A program made the translations under genes and the position numbers. The notes below the pieces were generated by a model, which was given only the letters and a program-made list of their open reading frames with translations, had not been told where the DNA came from and did no database searches. A DNA stretch of 50,064 nt from NCBI GenBank assembly GCA_000934665.2, contig KZ538740.1:1-50064 (forward strand), written 5' to 3'. This stretch comes from Catajapyx aquilonaris. Taxonomy: Eukaryota. This document shows positions 39,101 through 49,080 of the stretch, piece by piece (the stretch's first letter is position 1; each line of letters begins with the position of its first letter).

Positions 39101-42100
39101 GTCCTTCTAGTGTAAAATTAGCTCATGTCATAGAATAATTTTTGCTCTGTCATGACACACTTTGTAAACCTTTTATTGAGCATTCTTGCCATCAAGCCTG
39201 CTCTTGTCTTTTTGTCACTTCCTAGGCTCGAGCCTGACAAAAAATTTTTGAAGGCAGAAAACAAGAGAAGCTCACTTGGTGCAAGGTCTGGATCATGAAC
39301 AGGATTGTAATGCAAATACTCAAAGATATCCCGCTTGAACTCTTTGAAATTGACATCTCTCTCAGTCTTACAAAGGCATTACTTAAAGTCTCATATCAGT
39401 CAGTTCAAGTGGTCCACTTTTTAGCATTGAGACCATTGTACAGATATTGAACCAGATCTTGCTTCCTCCAGATTAAAGAGCTACCAGGTGAAGGATAAAT
39501 CTAATATATCTAATATATATAAAGCCCCACGCCGAGGAGGAGGATATAGGATGAAAAAGATTTCGCACTTCCCGGGGTCGGAGAGACGTCGGACTTACGC
39601 CGTTGGATTCCTTGCCACCGGGTTACAATATCCAAAAATCCTCAAAACCGCGAATTTCCCAGCCGTTTTCGAGATCGCCAAATTAAATGTAGACGCAAAC
39701 CCGAGATCGCGAAATTAATGTATACCGCCAACTCCCCCGGTTCCCCGAGAACAATAGCCCACCCCCTTCTCTCCCCCCTCCTCTCCAGCCGCTGTCACTC
39801 AATCCAGCCGGTGAAGTTCGTTAAAGCCCGAGAACAATAGCCCAATCCATCACCCACTGACAGCTCCATTCACTCATCCCACCCAGCCTTTTTTCATGGT
39901 ACGTCACCTAGGGCGCATTTTAATACTCCACAGCTTTGTGAACCGTGACGTCACGGGTTCTGTAACCGGATGGATTAGGCGGAACATGGTCACTCCGTTG
40001 ACGACGAACTCCAGGTTATTATTTCCAGCTCTCTAGCGGTGCTGGGTACGCCCGGGCGGGAACGCGTAGCGCCGAAGGCGCGCCACTTGGGGCGCAGCCC
40101 CAAGGGGGGGTGTGGGGGGGCGGAGCCCCCCCGCCTCGCAAAGCGAGTATATATATAAAGCCCCAATCCGAGGAGGAGGAGGAGGAGGAGGATGAAAAAG
40201 ATTTCGCACTTCCCGGCGTCGCAGAGAGACGTCGGACTTGCACCGTTGGATTTCTAGCCTCCGGTATACCGATGCCAAAAATCCTCATAATCGCAAAATT
40301 CCCAGCCGTTTTGGAGATCGCCAAATTTAATGTAGACGCAAACCCGAGATCGCGAAATTAATGTATCTGCAAACTCCCCGGATCCCCGAGAACAATGGAC
40401 CACCCACTCCTCTCCACCCGCTTGTCACTCAAACCCACAGCTCAAACCAGCCGTTGGAATGATACGTCACAGATGGTCCCACCTTTCATCCCAAGCGCTG
40501 TTTTGAACGATACGTCAGAGAGGGCACGTTCAGAAACTCCTCATCGCTACCGGTGACGTCACTGATTTCTCTAACCGGATGGATTAGGCGGAATACGGGC
40601 ACCGCGCCGAAGGCGCGCAGGTGGGGCGCAGGCCCATGGGGGGGGGTCCAGGGGGGCAGAGCCCCACCGGCCCGCAAAGCGAGTCTTGGTGATAAGAGTG
40701 CTTGACAAAATCTGGTATCACAAAACTTGGGAAAAATGCATGGATCAATGTATGTCTGTAGCCAGTAGTAACTAAGGGTGTTTGCCAATCATATGGCTAC
40801 ATTGATGTTTGTGGTAAATTGTTTGGAAAAAAAAGTGTACCAAACAGCTTTTGTCTCAAATGGCCCCCTTGTACTAAACATGCAATCCTTTAAAGGCAAA
40901 AAAAAATGCATTTTTTTTTGCAAGTACCAGTGACTTCTATGAGTAATTAGGATTCCATTTTTTAAATGGATAGTAGATTGCATGAGTTATTATTTTTGGT
41001 CATTGGAGGGGGGTGGGGGGGGGGGGGTAGAGCTGCACAGAACTTGTTTTAAGTGGCACATTGAAAAATTATAGCAATAAATGCCAAGTTCCTATGGCCA
41101 GCAGTTTTGACAGGACCAGATATCTCATTTTGCTTTATAACGACCAGATAATTGTTACAACATCAGTGTTAACATTATATCTTTGTAACTATTGCCTTCA
41201 TTGTTGGGCTAGAGAACAATTTTCCTGTCCATCTCAAAGCCTGGATGAGAAAGAATCACAAACATGCTCTTTCCACTGAATGGCTTAAAAATTACGACCT
41301 TTCAAAACTTAATGCAGTGTATCTTTTTACTCATTGTCATTGAGATTTATTGTGATTCAGTTTGAGTGTTTGAATCAGGCTTTCTTTCGGATATATTGCA
41401 TGGTATTTAAATACTACATGTAAACAGGATTCTTGCAGTTGGGGTGCCAATTGAGGTGCCTATATTTGTTTTGAAATGGATAGTGGTATTGGGTAGTTGG
41501 CAGGCTGCAAAGTTATCCCCATACTGTCAGAAACAGTGCCCTGGCATATTATATTTATTTCAGGAATCTATCCAAGTATTATGATGACTTCCTAGCCGTC
41601 AAACACCTAAGCTTTGGTGTGCAGAGTGGTGAATGTTTTGGTTTGCTAGGTGTCAATGGTGCTGGAAAGACCACCACATTTAGGATGCTGACAGGTGATC
41701 TTGCTGTGAGCTCTGGTAATGCATATGTTAATTCATACAGCATCAGATCTAGTTTGAAGCAGGTACTGTCTTCAGTTGTTCATTATTGATTTTGTAACTA
41801 ATTTGAAACAAATTCAGGTCCAGCAAAACCTGGGCTACTGCCCTCAGTTTGATGCCATCATTCTTGAGATGACTGGCCGTGAAACACTCTCCATGTTTGC
41901 ACGGTTGCGAGGTGTACCAGAAGGAAAGATTGCTATGACAGTGAACAAGCTGACTGATCAGCTGCTGCTGAATGCCCACATTGACAAGCATGTGGCAGTT
42001 TATAGTGGAGGCAACAAACGCAAGTTAAGCGTAGCAGTGGCTCTGATCGGGGATCCGCCAACCATTTTCCTTGATGAGCCAACAACTGGGATGGATCCAG

Positions 42101-42693
42101 TGGCTAGGCGACACCTTTGGAATGTCATCAGCTCAATGAGAGAAAGAGGAAAATCAATTGTTTTGACTTCACATAGCATGGAAGAATGTGAAGCACTCTG
42201 CACCCGATTGGCCATCATGGTTAATGGAGAGTTCAAATGCTTAGGCTCTCCACAGCATCTCAAGACAAAATTTGCTGATGGATACACCTTAATTGCCAAA
42301 CTTAAGTCAGATGAAGAGGTGCCACTAGGTGAAATGAGCTTGTGCTGTTTGAGAAACTTCATTGAGGACACATTTAAAGGTGAGTCTCAACTGATTCAAT
42401 AGTAAATGTACCTAGGTTCAGCACTTGGCTTTTCCAGGTTGCGTTCTTAAGGACATTCACCAACAATTGGTTCATTATCACATCAGTAACAAGTTCACAT
42501 CTTGGTCTAAAATATTTGGAATAATGGAGGCAGCCAAAGACAGGTACCAAGTAGAGGCATACTCTGTTGGTCAAACAACTCTGGAGCAGGTACTGCTAGG
42601 AATTGACCAAAAAATGTTTCCTTCATATACAAACTTTTTTACTATTTTCAGGTGTTTCTTAACTTCACAAAGTATCAAATGTCAACAGACTAA
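27152..42693 (+). CDS. ABCA3: ATP-binding cassette sub-family A member 3-like transporter (about 1695 aa, TMD-NBD-TMD-NBD)
   Basis: 30 GT-AG exons: 27152-27381, 28024-28145, 28209-28333, 28408-28510, 28756-29003, 29077-29320, 29385-29558, 30441-30622, 30686-30817, 31980-32097, 32644-32798, 32880-33035, 33101-33172, 33227-33365, 33867-34116, 34180-34238, 34308-34373, 34470-34597, 34665-34760, 35974-36126, 36192-36416, 36486-36762, 36825-36950, 37026-37256, 37787-38005, 38220-38322, 41564-41762, 41818-42379, 42438-42589, 42652-42693 (5088 nt, open). Motifs: [74 protein letters not shown]. Confidence 0.95.
31036..31083. repeat. (ATG)8(ATC)8 self-complementary microsatellite
   Basis: Perfect 46-bp palindrome at 31038-31083, centred on GATC. 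Confidence 0.9.
32201..32408. mobile_element. MITE with 22-bp TIR in an ABCA intron
   Basis: CCCGCGAGCATAAAGATGGAGA / TCTCCATCTTTATGCTCGCGGG. Confidence 0.75.
35389..35500. mobile_element. Truncated Tigger/pogo-like element end
   Basis: TA|CAGTAAAACTTCTATTAGTCGAA with subterminal TCGAA repeats. Same family as 290-356. Confidence 0.5.
37472..37685. mobile_element. Degenerate Tc1/mariner-like MITE
   Basis: caaggtgtccagtagtcagctctgat versus atctgagctgacttttggagtcaccctg (imperfect TIR). Confidence 0.5.
38555..38920. mobile_element. Long imperfect foldback element
   Basis: Inverted arms of at least 150 bp (tcttattgcctgccggggtgttttgcatgaggtg... / ...cacctcatgcaaaacaccctggcaggcgataaga) meeting near 38752. 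Confidence 0.75.
39118..39340 (-). mobile_element. Mariner transposase C-terminal remnant
   Basis: [24 protein letters not shown] resembles the mariner YSPDLAPSDFxLFxxLKxxLxG motif. Confidence 0.7.
39500..40683 (+). mobile_element. Head-to-tail pair of non-autonomous Helitron-like elements (39500-40147, 40148-40683)
   Basis: 5' end A|TCTAATATATCTAATATATATAAAG. Both units end in GC-rich hairpins plus CGAG|T. The insertion lies between A and T with no TSD. The two units share about 250 bp of diverged 5' sequence. Confidence 0.72.
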
Positions 42694-42731
42694 TTTCTGC
42701 AACATGATTTATTTGCACATGATCCACTGGA

Positions 42732-45700
42732 TCACTCACTCACAGTAGAGTTGATTTTCTCTGCAATTGCACAAAATGCAGCACATGTTGTAGAGTCTGA
42801 GAAGGTCGAGATGAAGTTTACACCAGATTCAGCACATTGACTCAACTTTGGATCAATTGGAATGCTTCCTAAAAATGGAATGCCTGCCAAAGATGCTAAT
42901 GCTTCTCCTCCACCCTTCGAAAAAATGTTTGTGCACTCCTAAAAGTAAACAAATTTTGTTACCAACTGAAGAGTCTCATTATGCACAGTTACGTCTGTGA
43001 TTTAACTCACCGAACAGTTTGGGCAAACATAGCCACTCATGTTCTCGAGAATGCCAATCACAGGTATACCTGTCTTGCGGCAAAAGGACAATTCCCTCCT
43101 GACATCATCGACTGCCACTGCTTGGGGTGTTGTAACTAGAATTGCTCCATTGCAATTCATATCCCTGGAGAAAAATTCTGTCAGCATAGGTGCGTTTAAA
43201 ATCAATGTGTCTCACTTACTTCATGTTCTCCATGACAGTGATATGTTCATCTGAAGTTCCAGGTGGTGTGTCAATTATCAGGTAATCAATCTCCTGCCAG
43301 TAGACATCTTTCAGAAACTGCTGAATCATGGCTGAAATTATGAAGTGGATTAACCATTGCCAAAGTGATGAATTAAGGGGGCACTATAGTCATCTCCCTT
43401 CAAAAATGCGATAAAAAAAAAATGAAAAAAATCAAGCGTCATTTCCTGGGCCAAAGTGGGGCTGATTTGTAGCGGTGCTAATATTTCGCGTTAATGTTGA
43501 ATTGTTTGCAGGAAGTTGTTAAGCACGATAAGAAGGTAAAAAAAAACAAAACTTGTCACCATTTCCCCCCTGACGATTATCCGCGAGGTTCCCTTCATCC
43601 TGTATATTTCGAATGAAACTGAGGAGAATTGAATTCCGAATCAAAAATTACATTATCAATATTTTGATAACTGCAACCGTTCAGCCACAATCGAGCTTAC
43701 AAAGTCCATTACTAACTTCGTTTGAAATAGCGTGGTGAGAATTGTTCAGAAATTCCATGCCGCTGTAATTTTAATGATAATTGTGATATGTTTGTGGGAA
43801 GCTGTTAAGGATGATAAGTTACAAAATCCACTTGTTGCCATGATTTTTGATACCTATTACAGCCACCATCTTGGAAAAATGACGGCAAAAATAGGTTTTT
43901 TCGTTGTATTTTTTGAAGAGTTAATTTCAAAAGACAACTCAAACAAAAGTTAAAGAGCATGAGATTTAGAGTAAATATGCACTGTTTAGCTGAAATTCAT
44001 GATTAGGATCTTTACTGTCACCGGAAATTTCTAGTAGATCATAATCTATGAGCGCAAGTCAAAAAGTAACCTTAAAATGGCAGTATGAAACCAACATCGC
44101 GTAGACCATTTTCCTGCAAAAGTAGCATGCTTTCACAGGTCAGCTGCCAGTGTGCGCAGGCGCGTCGGTCTGATTGAAAGTGTGACGTCAGAGAATCACA
44201 ATCAAGATGGCCGCCCCCTTGGACGCCTGCACCAAAGAGGAGCAGCAGGCGGTTATCAGATTTTTGAGTAGTGAAGGTGTGAAACCAGCAGACATCCATC
44301 ACAGGATGCAGAGGCAGTATGGGAGCTCCTGTCTGTCCCTTCAGCAGGTGTATGAATGGCACAGGAAATTCAAAAGGTGTAGTCGCAGTTTGTGGCCGGC
44401 CAGAGCGAGCTGCATCAGTCACACTTGAGACGCCACTTTTGAACTTCCTGTGCCATTCATACACCTGCTGAAGGGACAGACAGGAGCTCCCATACTTGCC
44501 TCTGCATCCTGTGATGGATGTCTGCTGGTTTCACACCTTCACTACTCAAAAATCTGATAACCGCCTGCTGCTCCTCTTTGGTGCAGGCGTCCAAGGGGGC
44601 GGCCATTTTGATTGTGATTCTCTGACGTCACACTTTCAATCAGACCGACGCGCCTGCGCACACTGGCAGCTGACCTGTGAAAGCATGCTACTTTTGCAGG
44701 AAAATGGTCTACGCGATGTTGGTTTCATACTGCCATTTTAAGGTTACTTTTTGACTTGCCCTCGTAGAATATTAGCTCAGAACATGGAGGCAACAGGGCA
44801 GAAATGTAGCTGCATCCTCAGGATGGATTGTATTCCCTCCAGCAGCCCTCTTGCAGACACATCCAAAATGCTACTTCCTAGGTTAGAATGGATCAAAGAT
44901 TTGGACATGACATGAACTAAGGCTGGCTTCAAAGTAGGTGATTGATGGTGGCAATGGATAACACTGCATGCATCCTATTTCTGCACCTTTTCAGACAGAC
45001 ATTGTAGTGGCATTTCCTGGTTTGTTCCTCATGTAAAGGAAGAGTGAGGTCACCTTTTATTCACTTTGGCCCAGCAGTTCCTCCACAGTGGAGAGCAGAA
45101 AAAATAGTGCAATTTTGTTAAAGGGGAACCAAGAAAATACTCCGGGGATTAGGTGGGTTTTTGTCCCCACCACCCCAGTCTCTATGTTTACCATGAAGAT
45201 AAGTAGAGTAGCCAGGCGTTTTTTTTTTTTAAAGGAAATGTGGCACATTCTGGGTTCATTTTGCATCTGGCAACTCTACTTCAAAACCCCAGAAAACCCA
45301 TGCAGCCATGCCATGCAGTCTTTTCCTGGGGGGCCTACACTCAGGTATTTTTTGTCACAATTACCATGCTTTTTGGGCCCTCTCCAAATTACAGGATCAT
45401 CACGGTTAGCCAGCAGGAATCCGATGGACATTACAGCCAGAGTCTGATCGGCACTTGTGTAAACAGGAACCCATCTGAGTTGGGAGAAAAAAAATCATTA
45501 TAAAACATAACCAAATATGCATTGCACATATAGTTCACCTAATCAGGGCATTTCACTAGGTAGTCCCCCCGAAGAACCAGCTGTATTTTCTTCCCAATCA
45601 ACCTAGAAACATGATGTTTGGTTTAAATGTACTTTAGTTCACGTGAATATAGCATAATTCGCAATAAATGCTGGGATTGACCTTCACCGACCTCCATACG

Positions 45701-47776
45701 CACTCGAACACGACTCTACTCGACGCTCCTTATTATTGAAAATCCTCTGCAGCATATTCTCAAAAATGGTCTGGGTTACTGTACTTCCTTTGCTTTCCAA
45801 GTCTTCTAACGTCGAGACTCACTGGTGTAAGCACAAATCTTTAAATATCCCCATTAGCGGCTTTTTTCACAGGTGGAAACAGGATACCCGGTTTCTTGTG
45901 ACAAAATCGTGGTGACTTTTTCGTCATTTCAGCAGCCTGTGCTTAACTTTTTCGATTTTTTTCTTCCTCTAAAGGAGGTCATCCATCACTGTATTGGTCC
46001 AAAACACTTGGTGCAGCAATACTGACTCTTAATGTCGATTTGCTGCGGAGCACCTGCGATAATACGGAGATTCGCGTCTAGTTGCGTTTGAGTGCCTGTG
46101 GGGGTAGTAATAATAATTAATAATTCATACCCCGTTATCAGCCATCGGCTCTTTAGGGGGGAAGTTTGTTTTGGCTGGAACTCTTTGCTTTCATTTTACT
46201 GTGCTCATTGGGATAGGATAGGGACGGAAGGAAGCGGCTGTGGCCTATTAATTACGGAAACAACTCCGGAACTTTCCTGGAAGGACCGTGGGAAACCACA
46301 GAAAACCACGGTCAGAGTTGCCGGCCCCGGGATTCGAACCCAGGACCTCCCGATTAGCAGTCGGACGCCTTATCCACTATGCCAACCTGCTTCGGTCCTG
46401 TGGGGGTAGTTGAAGGTCAAGTACAGCATTTTATTGTGAACAGTGCTACATTCCCATGAACAAAGGTAAGTTTCAAACCAAACATCATATTTCTAGGTAG
46501 AGTAGGAAGAAAAATATAGTCGATTCTTTGGGGGGGACTACCTAGCGAAAGTGTGAAACAACCTGTATTATACTGTATAGCAACTCTGACGGTTCAAGTC
46601 AAAACCCTGTATCTCGGCTTTTTGCCATTTCAAGATATTCGCGTTTGAAGATCTTTGTTTCCATTCATCTTATATGGAAGTGCAAGATTTCAATTGGCCA
46701 AACTTTGCAAGGGTTGCTCCTATAGTCATGGGCTTTGTACCAAAAGGTGTGGCTTGCAAAGAGGAGTGCAATGGTGCACTTATCTCAACTTGCATGGGAC
46801 TCATGTTTCGTAGGTGACCTGCCTTCAAGTTCACTGTTTGGTCCAGTTGTGAAATGTTGGGGAAGAGGAAGGGGTTGACGAAGGCTCAACGTATTGCTCG
46901 TGTCCGGGCAGATGGTCCAAAAGAGCAGGCAAAATTAATAGCCCAAAAACTTGGTATGGCAAAACTTAGTGTTTCAAATGGGTGGTTGGAAAGTTTCCGA
47001 AACAGGCTCAGAATTTCGCGGAAAAAAGTGTGGTGTGTGTGTGTGTAGTGGACTGATTTTGCACTATATTGAAGGTAAGGTACTTTCTTTGTCTCTCCCC
47101 ATTTTCCTCTCTTTCTCACCCGCAAAAAACTTAGTTATGTCTGATCTGAATATAGGGGACAAACTGGTGTCAAAGGTTGCAGAATGCATGGATGTGCGCA
47201 TCAGTGCTGCCAGCTCACCAATTCCGTCTTGGTGAAATTTCCCACTGTCACAGGCAATTTGCAACACGTTACCACGGAGATTTAGCATGGTGGTCGGAAT
47301 TAGGCGTGTGGTCGAAATATGGACCCCTTCCCCTATCTATCATTGTTTTGAATACACTGCGGCACCTCATCTGGCACACAAGTAAAATTTAAACCACTTG
47401 ATAGATTAGAAGTGTGCATTCTCTCATTGAATTTGATTCTTGATCCTTTCCTTATGTGATAAGGGATGGTGGAGCTCGATACATATTAACATTAAGGCAA
47501 TGCCTGGTGACATACCCTTGTGGACACTGATGAACATCATGACCCTCCAGTCCCAACATACGTGGAATGCTAGGACCACAGAGATCCACATCCAACAATC
47601 CCACCTGTAATGCAAAGGCCAACATCAATTACTAACCCTTCCGACAACTCCAAATGTCCGCAAACCTTCTGTCCTGTCTTTTGGAAAGCTAGAGCTAACT
47701 GTGTACTGACGGTCGACTTTCCAACTCCACCTTTACCAGACAAGACAAGGATTACATTCTTCACGTTGGAAGTCAT
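42732..47776 (-). CDS. NUBP2: Cytosolic Fe-S cluster assembly factor NUBP2 (Cfd1), 260 aa
   Basis: Exons 47776-47666, 47604-47516, 45474-45365, 43331-43220, 43164-43011, 42938-42732 (783 nt). Motifs: [58 protein letters not shown]. It lacks the N-terminal 4-Cys cluster motif of NUBP1/Nbp35. Confidence 0.95.
44049..44764. mobile_element. Mariner-derived foldback element made of two inverted copies of the 5' end
   Basis: TA TSD at 44047-44048 and 44765-44766; TIR CGAGGGCAAGTCAAAAAGTAACC; arms 44049-44376 and 44436-44764. Encodes the mariner N-terminal HTH region [20 protein letters not shown]...VYEWHRKFK, continuing [15 protein letters not shown] on the minus strand. Confidence 0.92.
45551..46550. 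mobile_element. Non-autonomous DNA transposon with long (about 170 bp) imperfect TIRs, interrupted by a SINE
   Basis: tttcactaggtagtcccccc...ctagaaacatgatgtttggttt...ttgaccttca... is mirrored by ...tgaaggtcaa...aaaccaaacatcatatttctag...ggggggactacctagcgaaa. Confidence 0.7.
46109..46396 (-). mobile_element. Full-length tRNA-derived SINE
   Basis: Head has A box TGGCATAGTGG, a GCT anticodon-like loop and B box GGTTCGAATCC. Tail is (ATT)n-like. 14-bp TSD CCTGTGGGGGTAGT at 46095-46108 and 46397-46410. Confidence 0.88.
46880..47035 (+). mobile_element. Tigger/pogo transposase remnant (CENP-B-type HTH)
   Basis: [34 protein letters not shown] resembles the Tc5/CENP-B HTH consensus (KA..IA..LG...F.ASNGWL..FK.R..I). 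Confidence 0.7.
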
Positions 47777-47789
47777 GCTTGATCTGTAA

Positions 47790-48130
47790 AAACCGAATAG
47801 ATGCTATGAAGTGCAACTACTACGACATGCAGTAAGTGCGTTCATACAAAAGCAGCTGGATGCAGGCGACGCCACGAGCTCGAAATATGCGCCCGAATAC
47901 CGAAGGCCAAGCAGTAGTGCTACTTGCAAACTACTAGATACAGTAGATAGGCCGTCCGTGGGGTGGCCGTGGGAGTCGCAGTTACGGCGACGACATAGTT
48001 TTCGTTGAAACCACGTGACAAGGGGCGCGTTTTGTTACTCCCTCCCGAACCTCCGCGCTCCGCTTGAAGCGGCTTGAACACGTGGGATTGAAGAAGGTAG
48101 GGCTACAACGGGCACGCGTGGCTGGCGGCT
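47790..48130 (-). promoter_or_regulatory. CpG-rich putative NUBP2 promoter/5' region with two CACGTG E-boxes
   Basis: Acceptor tttttacag| lies 7 nt before the ATG, implying an upstream non-coding exon. CpG enrichment is visible, with CACGTG at 48012-48017 and 48079-48084. Confidence 0.4.
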
Positions 48131-48142
48131 GGTCCAGTACAC

Positions 48143-48185
48143 CAAGGTTGGTATATACTCCTATACCTCTCCTATACCAACCTTG
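48143..48185. mobile_element. 43-bp minimal hAT-like element
   Basis: 13-bp TIR CAAGGTTGGTATA / TATACCAACCTTG and 8-bp TSD CAGTACAC at 48135-48142 and 48186-48193. Confidence 0.8.
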
Positions 48186-48766
48186 CAGTACACTGTCCAG
48201 TAGGTCCAGACGTCCAGTAGGTCCAGTATGCTTCTCCTAGCAACCTAGCTTTTACGATTCTCCCGAGCGCTCCCGAGAGATGGCACGACCCTCTTCATCC
48301 AGCCACCCGAATGCAACCCCAAGCATGTGCCCAGGCATCCTCTTTGTCTTGATGGGGGATCAGAGATCATCAGTCTGGTGGGTCCAGGGGAGGAAGAGGG
48401 AAACGCTGCCTGGAGTCGGTCTAGGGCAGGAGGTGGTGCCTCTTGGGAGATGACAGGAGGTATACTTTCCAGGCTTGGGAATACCACTCTGACGAGGGTC
48501 AACCAGGATACACAGGGCACGATGAGGAAACACGACCCCTGCCCGCCACCCGTCCACTGAAGGATGGTGCCCCTGATGGTGCTGCCTCAGCACAGGAAAG
48601 GGACACACTGGTGCACGGTGGGGATCATCAGGTTTCACGTGCAGACAGGCCCTTTGTGGCGCACAAGACATATACACATGGTAGTGGGTAGCATCAAGGT
48701 AGCATACAAGGTAAAATCAGAGGAATGATAACTGATGAGTACTGATGTACCGTACACGTTCTCTTT

Positions 48767-49080
48767 AGTGTTGTCCGATTGATTGCACTGGTGTAGCCAG
48801 TGTACACTCGTGCAGGAAAAAGCGTCCGATTCACCGGGAGCAGCGTGTCCGATTCGCCAGTGTAACTGCACCAGTGCAAGTGGGGGGCTGCACTCGCTGC
48901 ACCAGTGGAGAAGGTGGGGCAGGCGGTGTAAGGCGCGAACACGGGCTGGCAAGATGGCGGCGTATATAAGATACGGAGTCGTGTCCGATTCGAGGCCCCA
49001 GTGCTGGGTCACACTCGCTGCACTGTGACGTCACCTCCCTACACCGAGTGTAGCCGGTGCAGTGTCAATCGGACAACACT
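48767..49080. mobile_element. PIF/Harbinger-like MITE
   Basis: TIR AGTGTTGTCCGATTGA / TCAATCGGACAACACT with 3-bp flanks TTT/TTT and internal GTCCGATT repeats. Confidence 0.75.

Noticed and set aside
42735..42743. GTGAGT at the end of the NUBP2 CDS as a splice donor to an extra exon
   Set aside because: An in-frame TGA and a nearby AATAAA already give a normal-length protein. It cannot be excluded without RNA data.
43373..44040. TTAA-GGGG start of a Kolobok-like element; also TTAA-CC ends at 5199, 21608 and 49761
   Set aside because: No matching second terminus or transposase could be found, so boundaries and family cannot be supported.
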